Positions 26,301-38,100 of a DNA stretch of 64,000 bases are shown here, in pieces. The notes below the pieces were generated by a model. The model was given only the letters and a program-made list of their open reading frames with translations. It was not told where the DNA came from and searched no databases. This DNA is from Podarcis tiliguerta (lineage: Eukaryota), in NCBI GenBank assembly GCA_965153285.1, contig OZ229113.1; one strand, written 5' to 3'. A program made the position numbers and the translations under genes. Position 1 is the first letter of the stretch. Every line of letters starts with the position of its first letter.

Positions 26301-26556
26301 AACAATCTCCCCTTTCTTCCCCTTGTGTGCTGTTGTGGGGGGGGGGTCTCCCGACACACACACCTCAAGCCATTGAGGGGTGTGGGGGCCCCCACCCTGT
26401 TGCGCTACAGGAGACTTTGTTCAGGCTTCCAGTAGTGGAACTGGTTAGTTTAATTTGGCCCTGTATTTCCAAAACTGGGTGGGTGTATCTTCTTTTGCTT
26501 TGGGCAAAACTCATTTTGCTGTGGATTTTGCTTGATGAAGCTTTGTCTTATTTCAG

Positions 26557-26633
26557 GTGATCTTTTTGTCTGCAAAGGGCTTCTGAACCCATTTTCAGGA
26601 TGATCAGTACAATGTCGTGACACTGGAGTTCCG
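26557..26633 (+). other. BCL9: BCL9 5' UTR exon (77 nt)
   Basis: Acceptor ttgtcttatttcag|, donor ccg|gtaaga. Confidence 0.7.
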
Positions 26634-29049
26634 GTAAGATGCCTTTAGAAGCAAAGGGAACAGGCCAGAAGGCTTGCAGAAATACAGGGTTCCCTACATT
26701 ATATTGAAGAATGAGCTACTGAAATTGGTTTTAATAATGGTCTGTTTGGCCGTAACATTTGACAGAATAATATTGTTGGCATCCGTCTGTCTCGAGAGAC
26801 AATGGAGTGTGCCTCCAGGGATGAAGTCAAATGGCTGCGTATAATAAGTATATTACAAAAAGAACGAATGGACCATTGATGTCCTGATTGCAGTGAACTC
26901 TGCACTTTGGGTTGAAAGTAACTTTTGTGGATTGTTTCTTCTGAGACAGTGGCATTAACAGAAACGAGGCTGGCAATGCTTGCTTTTCTGTAAGACATAT
27001 GCCCTGTCCAACATGTCCCAAAAGATGACTTGCATTTTAGCTTCATTAACCTAGAAAATAATAATAAAATTTGCCTTTTGGGATTGATAAGTGAAATTAG
27101 TGCCCATTATATTGGGATGATTTGTAGCAGACAGGAGTGTTTGAATTCATCTCCTGCTTCATATTCTGTGTAGTCTGCTATGGTCTTTTGTCCTCAGTGA
27201 AAGCATGCCTACCATCTTGTGTTTGAGTGTTTTACGGGTGAAGGGGTAGAAATACAGCCTGGCTTACAGCAGATTCAGATGTGGCACATCCAAAATGTTT
27301 AAATAAGCATGCCAGCCCACTTCTACTAAAAATGCTTCTAGAAGTCTCAGTTTCTCAAAACCACCAAGTCTAATTTGTGGGCATTAGCATATGCTCTCAG
27401 GCAGAATGAGTCCTGTGCTTGTGAGAACAAGATCTCACAATAACTCCGTATATGGCTTATGTAAAATACAGTCCGGTAATGCAGATTGGATTGGATTTCT
27501 TGTAGGTTCTTAAGCATCAACATTAGTAATACCTGTCCTGTGACCTTATCTGAAATTTAATTGGCACATTCCTCCCCTTGCAATGAGCAAAAATAATAAA
27601 TCTTTTTTATTCTCTGTTGCCTTACATACTTTGAGTATGGGGATCCTTTGCCAAATTTGTAGGACTTCCTTCCTTCAGACTTGGAAGCATTTGAGGAAGG
27701 AATGGTAAAGGAGGAAAAGAACTTAAATGTCCTGATGCTATCTTCTGATATTAAGATATGTTGATGCTATGTCATAGAGTGACAAAATTCAGTATTATGA
27801 CATTGTCATATGAAAAAGCTTGCAGTATGTTTCAGCAGCACAAAAGGGTTTTTTTGCTTTCACAATATACTGCTGTGTTTCAAAGAAATCTGACCAGTAA
27901 ATACTACTTTCTTATACTTTTACTTTCTTCATAGCTTATAAACTTATGAATTATGAAAAAATACTTAATTTGAATATTATCATCCAGTGTTAGAGGTTGG
28001 TAATCTAGTTTTCATTCAGATACAAAAATTGTTCTGATATAAAAACTGTGATAATAAATTGAATCTGATATAAAATTGTTCCAAAACTCTTCAGCATGAA
28101 GAAGAAAAACATTTTAGATTTCTTTAGTAATAGTAGTGATGAATAAGCCCTGTGTTAAAATCTGCTCAAACACCATAATGTTCAATGTTTCTAACTTTTC
28201 ATTTAAATGTAGATTGAGACATAGTATTTATGGACAGTAGTCTAGAAAATTGGGCCTAGCAACTTTGACATAGGATACTTAGCACTTGGATGCAGTAATT
28301 TTGATGGTGGATATTGATTATTCAGAAGTCATGAAAAAGATCCCTCCTCCCATTACCATCTTGTGTTTCACTAGGGTAATCGTTACCTGTTTGTAAGATG
28401 TGCTAATAATTGTGTGATCTTCTAAAAATGTTGCTATATCTTTTTGCAGTTATGTGGCCTGCGTAGTCCTTTTAGAAAGCTTGAACTGATTGATACGAGC
28501 AACTTGCTTCTCTACACATAAATGTTTTTGTACATGATCTTGGATTGGAGTGCAGAGAAACTTCCTCCCTCTCATCTGTTAGATTTAGCACACCTGGTTG
28601 TTGCTTACGTAGCTAATACCGGAAAAGCATTTATTTTATAATCGGAATGTACATTCAGCTTCCATCTGGTTGAGCTTTCTCATCTTGCCCTTCCAGTTAA
28701 AAAGGTGGAGAAAAAAGGCCATATACTGATCTCATTTAGTTCTAGATTCCTCCCCTTTTTAATAGTCTTTTTTTGTTCTTTGACTGGGTTTGGTTCAGTT
28801 TGCCCTGGAGATGCGAGACTTCCTCACAACAGCAGGAGTCACACATTTGGAGAATGCTGGAGCTGCGAGAGGGAAAGGCCCAGTGCAACAACAGAGAGAA
28901 GCAAAAAGGAAAAAGACAAGCAGACCGACAGCACTGAGGAAAGCAAGGGACAGAAAGTGCTTCAGAACTGCCAGCAGCAACAGAGGAACTTGACAAGAAG
29001 CCCCCCCCCCCCCCCAGTGCGTGTGGCTGTGTGCTTAGGATTTCTGTCA

Positions 29050-29102
29050 ATGCATTCCAGTAACCCCAAAGTGAGAAATTCCCCATCAGGAAATGCCCAG
29101 AG
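29050..29102 (+). CDS. BCL9: BCL9 coding exon 1 (coding part)
   Basis: ATG at 29050, MHSSNPKVRNSPSGNAQ, donor AG|gtaaat at 29103. The exon's UTR part probably begins at the acceptor ttcag|28799 (less certain). Confidence 0.95.
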
Positions 29103-32100
29103 GTAAATAGCATACATTTATATATATATATTCTTCCCCTCTCTCTGTGTCTCTCTGGTAGCATTATGACATGAATCGCTATTTGCCTTCTGTACTTTAA
29201 TTGGAACCCCCTGTCATGTGAGTTTCATCTGCTGAGTGCTATTCAAGTTTATTCTGATATGGAGAATTCTTTTCATGTGCTGGTTCTCTCTGCCTTTATA
29301 TGATATTTCATAAGAAATTACAAGTTTTTGCAATCTCTTTTGAGGTTCTTGATTTTGTAGTCACTTGTGTTTTCTTGTTGTTTTTTGCCCCCATTGAGTA
29401 TCTCTGGCACAATCCTCTAATTTGACAAAACAGCCTTTGAGAGGGTGACAGTTTTGACCATTCCACTTGACAGCACATAGTGCTTCCACTTCCATTTTAC
29501 GGGGGAGGTAAATATTGGCACATAGAGGAAGTGTTCCCATGTCACTTCTGTCTTGGTATAGACGGAACAAAAACATCCCACCCCCCCAAAAAAAAAGAAG
29601 TAGAAGTGCAAAGAAACATCCTTAGAACACAAATTTGAATGGAAATTGTAACTATTTAGCCAGAGGTAACCAGATTTCATCATCATCATCATCATCATCA
29701 TCATTATTATTAGTTTATCAGAGCATTAATACCCCAAACTTCATGCCACTTAGGACAACTTACAATATAAAAAAAACAGTTTTATGAAAATGGTAGAAAA
29801 CAATTGCAAAAGAGGCAGAGGTAGCAGTTTAAAAAAATCAGAAAAAACATTATCTGCCTCATATTATAAAAGCCTTCTGGGGGAAAAAACAGTTCTTCAG
29901 TAACTGGGGGGGAAAGCTGTGTAGGAAGTGACCAACCATGGGCCATATGAATATAATCAGGTTGTTGACATGGAACAAGTCCTCTCTCATATCTCATCCA
30001 GCCACACCTCTACCTTTGATGGGACACAGAGAAGGGTCTCTCCTTATGATCTTAGGAATGGTATGAGTGGAGGGGATCCTTGAAGTATTCTGGACCTAAT
30101 CTGTTTCAAAAGAATTGTGCCCAGAAGCACATTTGTACCCTGTGTGTATTATTGGATTGTGGAAGGGGTGGGTAGGTTCCTTCTCATCTTTATTGCTGGT
30201 TTTTTTTTATTACATTGTATCTGAGAGCTGATTCATATCTTCTGCCACTCATGTGCATCTTACAGCTCTTTCAAGTAATCTACGACTCAAAGAAATGAAA
30301 GAAATGGAGTGATCTTACAGACCAGCTTCCATTATCAGGGAATTCTACCCCTGATCTGGTGTGTTCCTCTTCATGCAAGTTGGCTACATATACATTGTGG
30401 CTGATGACTATAATTATGGATCAGTTCTGAGATTCAGCTCTTTTTATTCAATATTTTTTCCCCACATCTACTGTGCTGATGAAATCTAGTTCAGTGCTAT
30501 TTTACAATATTCTTTTGCACTTGTTTTCAGAAAGATGCAATTTTTGCCTCTAACAGTTGAAAGTAACTGAAGCGAGCATTTTCAAAACTTATATTCCGCT
30601 GGCAGGTAATGGATAGAAATTCAGAGTTGTGTATAAATTCAGTTGAACTTTCATGGAAAAACATCCCCGCCCCCCGACAGTTGAGCTGTGTTGTTTGAAT
30701 CCAGATGGGTGGCATTGTGAACTTTATGGTGCCCTGCTTATTTGCTTTGTGCTGGTCTTAGTGTGAGGCATGTCTTTGTACATAGAAACCATTGTCTTTA
30801 TTGACAGAAGTGACAGAGGTACATCCCCATGTGACTGACTGGTTCCTAGGATCTGGGCAGTTGCTGCCTTTCTCTGTTTGCTTTAAGTAGTAATACTTCA
30901 AGCTGGATAATAAGGCATTTTTTTAGATAGCTGCTGGACAATATGCATGTGGATGAATTTAACTTACTGGTGCTGGCCACACTCTGTAAAATAAGCTGAG
31001 CTGGTGGCTACTGCTGCGTAAAGTGGCATTCTTATATCTTTTATTACAAATTACTCTTCTTCCCCACCTTTCTTTTCCAGTAGTCCCAAATCAAAGCAGG
31101 AGGTGATGGTCCGTCCCCCTACAGTGATGTCCCCATCTGGCAACCCCCAGCTGGACTCTAAATTCTCCAACCAGGGTAAACAGGGGGGCTCAACTGGCCA
31201 ATCCCAGCCCTCTCCCTGCGACCCCAAGAGTGGGGGCCACACACCAAAAGTGCTCCCAGGACAAGGAGGAAGCATGGGGTTGAAGAATGGGGCTGGCAAT
31301 GGTTCAAAAGGGAAAGGAAAGAGAGAGAGGAGCATTTCAGCGGACTCATTTGAACAAAGAGATGCTGGGACTCCCAGTGATGAATCTGAAATCAAAGGTA
31401 TGTCTACATGTGAAGGGGCAGAAATATGAGTGGGTGCCAGCTTTTACTGAGAGCCTCTGTGATTTTTTTTTTTAACTTGCTCTGAACCCTAGAAATTGTA
31501 GCAGCCAAAATGAGTCAGTTCTGTATATCGGCATGAAGGAAGATTTTTGACAATTGGATTGGAAGACTTGGAAAAAGCAGCTTCCTTCCAAAGCACATGT
31601 TCTGAAACTTGTCACAGTGACCCCCTTTTAAACTAATAGTTCCTCAAGTGTAAAAAGAGGCAAAAAATAGTCTTTTCAAGAGTGTTTTGTTTGATATGCT
31701 TGATAAGAAGGCAGGTCCCACAAACCCCACAGCAAGCTGTGGTCAGTTTTGATGTGTGCCTAGCGGTGGGCCTATCTTCCGCTTCAGGCAAAGGTCTCAT
31801 TTTCTCAGGAAGAGGGTGTCTTTTCCATAGGTTTAAATGCAAACACCACACTATAAAAAGGCCCAAGTGCCATTTGTAATTGACATGATCTGAGTGTATT
31901 CTGTGCTTGGGTATCTCTAGTGAATTATGTAATGTCACATAAGGAGCAGCCATCAAAAGCTGAGCCTGTATTTCTGTAAGTGTTAAAAGAATGGGTTTTG
32001 CTTTGCTGACATGTTTGCTTTGTTGACATGTTAATTTCATAGATATGTTAATCCACTGAGACCCTCTTGGAATAGAGAGGGTTAAAAATCTCATTAGAGG

Positions 32101-35100
32101 AGCATTAGTCCCCTTGAAGAAGGCCTATAAGGAAAGGAATAGCTTGTGAAACAAAAGTTGGAGTAGGACAGATGATAAATAGTCTGTGTTTCTTAGGTTG
32201 GGAAGAACTAGGTTAATGCTGTGCCCACTTCAGGATACGATGGGAGCAGTAAGAGGAGCTTAGCCCCCAGAGAGGAATTTTTGCTCTATAGTAGTGCTTG
32301 TTCCTGTATATCACAGCTCAGTAAGGCTGGTCTCTGAGCAGTCAGATATTTTCACAGCTTATAATTGATGACCAGCATTTCCACCCACTTGAAATATAGC
32401 TTTGATTGGGGTAGGGAAAGTCTTTCTGTTGTTACTGTATGGTGTCTTAGACTACAGGAATGCAGCTCTAATCTGTCAATCTCAGGAGTCCTGCTTGGAA
32501 TATCATAGGGACTGTTCATGTTAGTCTTATGGGTGTTGTTGCACTTGTGGAATTGCTGTTTATGTAAATCACATGTGCTTGGGACTGTCTTCAGTGGCTA
32601 ACATAATTTGTGTGATGGTGGCCAGTGTTCTCCACATAAGCCCAAATGTGTCAAGCTCTGCTTGAATTCTACTCAGTCCTGAGGCTGCTGGGCTCAAGAG
32701 ATTCACAGGGGCCACTAGCTGAATTCAAGCGACCTGAAGCATGCAATTATATCTGGCTACCCCATTCCCCCACCCCATTTCCCCATCTCTTTTATTTTAC
32801 TTTTCGCTTTCCCTTCTGTTATTTGATTGCAAGCCTGCAGGTGAGATTATGTTGTGTATTTAATTTTTGCGCAGCACCTTCGAGTTTGGGGCGCTTTGAT
32901 CATTATGGGTTCAGTGCTGAGGATTAGGGCATTTTTTGTCCCATCGGCACTTTTTTCAACAAGTGACTTGTTTCTCATTTTACTTGGCTTATGATGTTTT
33001 GCAAAGAAAATAAAATAAGAATGTTTTGTATCGCCATATGTGGATCTTGAAACTTTATTACTTGATTACTGTGTGGTGTGGACTTCTTAAAGTTTCGGAA
33101 ACCATTTGACTCTCACTTAGCCTCTGAACCAACCCCCATGTCTCATGTGTTGGGTAAGAGCAATTTAAATGTGAAAATATTACATTAAATATGGTGAGAA
33201 AATCTATACAGCCAAAATGCTCTGGCCTATGCATATGATGCTTACACATCAGCTTTGTACTGATTTTGAATAGACTCTAGGATTTGACTCTAGTGTATTT
33301 CTTGGGAAAGGCAATGAAGTGGTGTAAAGCTTCTAGGAACAATCTCCTGTGTGCTGTTGTCATTGCTGGTGTGTCAAGGTGGGAGCAATTGTCCTAGGTT
33401 AGCCTTACCTTGGTAGAATTTATAGTATGTCTTAAACTAAACAACTATGGGCAGGCCATCTCAGTTTGAGGCAAACTGTGGGAAAGTGTTTTATCTAGCT
33501 GAACAATGTGGAAGGTTCAGTAGCTTTGCCGGTGGAGGATTCCGCACACACCAGTGGAAACCAGTCAGATTTTTTTACAACAGCTGTGGCTGATCTGTGC
33601 TCTGCCCCCGAGATCCCAATGACTTTTGGCATCAATGGTGAAGGGGGGGGGGGGGGAAGGAACCATGCACAATATTTTGGTGGGTGAAGGAGGGTACCCT
33701 GATGAGGATGGAGAATCACTCCTTTCCTGTTGGGGGGGGGCGGTCTTCATGGATCAGCTGAGGAGGGGTGAAACCACGTCCTTTGTGTGCGCACACATAT
33801 ACAGAAGTTTTCATTAAAAGTGTATAGGTTTGCTATACCCGCTGCTGGCATGCAGACCCTGGAGGATTGGACAAAGATGAATGTGGCCCTCAGGCCAAAA
33901 TACTCTTAAGAGTTTTCCTTGTGGATGTGTGGAAATTGACAAATCTACAAGAGTATACTATGAATGACTGGATTTTAAATCACACAAAGTGTAATAGTAG
34001 AAGTGGTGGTGCAAATGGGAGAAAAAGCCTGAAGTTGTAAATGCCAGCTATCAATATTAGGATGGACATTCATAAGAAATAATTGTCTTATATAAATGCC
34101 AGAACAAATGAATCTTATGGTGGGTGATTGTACTGTATCTAAAATGAAAGTGAGCTACTGAAAGATGGGAATGGAATTTTGATATCTTTTTTGAGACTGA
34201 GACCTCTCCACTACTTCCGTTTCAGATCTTGGCTCTGCTGACCATGCAAAATCGCAAGAGTCCCAGCATACTGCACACTCCTTGGCTCCTTCAAATGCCT
34301 CAGCCCCAAGATCTTCCACGCCTTCTCATGGTCAGGCGGCCCCTTCAGAGCCAGGTAGTATGCAGAAGACTCCATCCAAAGTGGTCTATGTCTTTTCAAC
34401 AGAGATGGCTAATAAGTAAGTGACACTTTAGTTTACATTGAATGCAGTAGCCACAGCCTCTGGTTTAGTTCTGTTTGCTGCTTATACACGATGACAAGTT
34501 ATATCCATACATGGCTTTCACTTGCAACCATATCTGCTTAAATAGGTACCTGTACCTCCATCACATCCCACGAGGAAGGGCATGAATGTATGTTCTACGT
34601 TGAAAGAGAAACCTTCTAGGAAAATGAAAAACTGTGTTTGGCCTTGTGGACAATTTGGCACTTAATTGTGCATTTGTAAAGCACCCTGATAGAGGGTGGT
34701 ATAGAAACCAATTAAATCATAAAATAACATCTTCGTTAGATGTTGTCCTCTTTAGTAGAGGTATATTACGTTTACAGAAAGAGGGCCTACTGAATGGCAA
34801 CCGACGGACTTTGGAATGCCATTTTTAATGGGGTGTGCCTGGCACCAGCAAGCTTTTTGCACCAGGGGAAGACCTTCCCATTTGCCAAGGTTTTATAGAT
34901 TTTAGATGATTTTCTTTTTAATTGTACTTTATCCTGATGTTAGTTCTTAAGATTTTATATTGTTTTGTATCTTGTTTGATTGTGCGAATTTCACTTAGCT
35001 TTGTACACTGTCCTCTTCTATGAAGAGCGATTAAGAAAAAAGACAGCTAGTATGTTATCAATTACAGAAAGGGCTGCAGACTTTTGTTGACAGGGACTGA

Positions 35101-38100
35101 CATGCCCTGTGATGTTTCAGCTGCTTGTGTTTGTCTTCAGGGCTGCAGAAGCTGTGCTGAAAGGACAAGTGGAAACCATTGTATCTTTTCACATTCAGAA
35201 CATCTCTAACAAGGTGGAACGAAACACTGCACCTTTGGTAAGTAACTTAACAGATGGAGAAGACAGTGTGGGCAGGAGGGGTGAGGCTGCCAGTGGCTTG
35301 ACTGAATGGTTAAAGCATGATTGGCGAAAGGTGAACTCAAAGCTTGGCCTTCCTCATTGCCCTAGAACTAGGCTTCATTTGACCCATGTGAAATTACTTA
35401 CTTGTCTTCCTTTTTCTTCAGAACACTCAGATTCCACCACTTCGAAATGATACAAAGCCCCAAGCTCCACCGCAGCTGCCTGCTTCTCAAGAGCAGACTC
35501 CTCCCCAGAATGCCAAAATGCAGCAGACTCCACCCATTCCAGTGCCGGCACCAGCACCCAAACCTACTGGCCCTCCATGTCCTATTGAGCAGGACAATCC
35601 TGGATTAGAAAGTAAAGTGATGTCAGCAGGAAGTCCTGCAAACTCCACCCCTCTACAAACTGAAGGATTTGGGCAAACTTCAACCCCCAGTAACAGAGCC
35701 GTTAGTCCAGTTTCCCAAGGAAGTAACAGTTCCACTGCGGACCCTAAAGGTCCCAACCAGCAGGTATCTGGTGGGGACCCACCAAATATGGGTGAAAATC
35801 CAGATGGACTGTCCCAGGAGCAGCTGGAGCATAGAGAACGTTCCCTGCAGACTCTGCGAGATATTCAACGTATGCTTTTCCCAGATGAGAAGGAGTTCGC
35901 TGGAGGCCAAGCTGGGCCTCCCCCGCCCAATTCTGGAGTGCTGGATGGTCCTCAAAAGAAGCCTGAAGGGCCAATACAGGCCTTGATGGCTCAATCCCAA
36001 AGTTTAGGTAAAGGGCCAGGACCCCGGACAGAAGGAGGGGCTCCCTTTGGCCCTCCAGGGCACCGAGACATGCCCTTCTCACCAGATGAAGTTGGGCCAC
36101 CATCCTTAAACTCTCAGTCTGGTCCTATAGGACCAGAGCACCTGGATCACATGACCCCCGAGCAGGTGGCCTGGCTGAAGTTGCAACAGGAGTTCTACGA
36201 AGAAAAGAGGAGGAAGCAGGAGCAGGTTGTACAGCAGTGTTCTTTACAAGACATGATGGTTCACCAGCATGGGCCTCGCGGATTGGTCAGAGGCCCCCCA
36301 CCTCCATACCAGATGACCCCAGGTGAGGGCTGGGGTCCTGGGGGCCCAGAGCCCTTTCCTGAAAGTATGACTATGTCCCATTCACTGCCCCCAAGGGGCA
36401 TGGCCCCCCATCCCAATGTGCCTGGTGGTCAGATGCGGCTGCCTGGGTTTGCTGGAATGATAAACCCTGACATAGAGGGTCCCAATGTCCCAAACGCCAC
36501 TTCTAGACCTGGGCTTTCAGGTGTCCCTTGGCCGGAAGATGTGCCAAAAATGCCAGATGGCCGAAACTTCCCTCCTGGGCAAGGTGTGTTCAGTGGGCCT
36601 GGGCGAGGGGAGAGGTTCCCCAATCCTCAGGGCCTGCCTGAGGAGATCTTTCAACAGCAGCTGGCAGAAAAGCAGCTAGGACTTCCCCCTGGCATGAGCA
36701 TTGAAGGCATCAGGCCTGGCATGGAAATGAACCGGATGATTCCCTCTCAAAGACACATGGAGCCCGGCAATAACCCCATCTTCCCACGTATGCCGGTTGA
36801 AGGGTCCATGAGCCCCTCCAGGGGAGACTTCCCCAAAGGGATGCCACCTCAGATGGCAGCTGGTAGGGACTTGGAATTTGGGATGGGCCCTGGTAGCATG
36901 AAGGGGGATGTGAATCTGAATGTCAACATGAGTTCCAATCCACCAATGATACCTCAGAAGATGAGGGAAGCTGGAGTGGGCCCGGAGGAAATGATGAAAA
37001 TGCGCCCAGGTGTCTCGGAGATTCTCCCGTCGCAGCAGAAAATGGTGCCCATGCCATTTGGTGAGCATCCCCAGCAGGACTATGGAATGGGCCCGAGACC
37101 TTTCCATCCTATGTCTCAGGGCCCAGGTGTTGGTCTCCGGAATCACAGAGAACAAATGGGGCCCGACCAAAGGACTAACAACCGGCTTAGCCACATGCCA
37201 CCACTACCTCTGAATCCCTCCAGCAACCCAAACAGCCTCAACACAGCTCCTCCTGTTCAACGCAACCTCGGACGCAAGCCCTTGGATGTTTCCGTTGGTG
37301 CCAGCCAGGTTCATTCTCCAGGCATAAATCCACTGAAGTCCCCCACCATGCGCCAGGTCCAGTCTCCCATGCTGGGTTCGCCCTCCGGGAACCTCAAGTC
37401 CCCCCAGACTCCATCCCAGCTGGCAGGGATACTCGCAGGGCCGACTGCAGCAGCTGCTGCTTCAATCAAATCTCCTCCTGTTATGGGCTCTGCTGCCGCT
37501 TCTCCTGTCCATCTCAAGTCTCCGTCCCTCCCAGCACCTTCTCCTGGATGGACTTCATCTCCAAAGCCCCCACTGCAGAGTCCTGGAATACCCCCCAACC
37601 ACAAAGCGTCTCTTGCCATGTCTTCACCAGCCATGATGGGAAATGTTGAATCAGGTCAGTTGTGCTCACTTTCTCTACCATCCTTTTTCTTACCTTCAGT
37701 AAGGTGCTACCTTTCCTTTAAACAAACTCTGCTCTGATTCCTTTTAATGACAACCTGATGCACCAGACTTGGCAGGCTAGCTTGTTACCTTTCCGCTCCT
37801 AAACTGCTTTGTGTTGGGCACAAGAGCAGGGCCTGTAAAGATATTGTCATAGTATTAGTTGATGTTTGGACATAATTGAACTGCGAAGAGATGGATGCAC
37901 AAACTGATTCCTCTCACTAGCTTAGAAACATAGTCTTTTGTATACAGGCTAGGTTGAAACAGGGTAGACTTGGAGTGATTACTAGTGTATTGTGTGTTGG
38001 GTAAATTGAGTTCTGTTTGCAGAACACTCTGCTAGAGGCAGTTCCTTCTGTAGCTACTAGGGAGTTGAGGGACCTTCTGGAACACCATGGGAAGTGTTGT

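Noticed and set aside
29417-29704. ORF beginning with nine Met
   Set aside because: Reverse complement of the (CAT)9 microsatellite.
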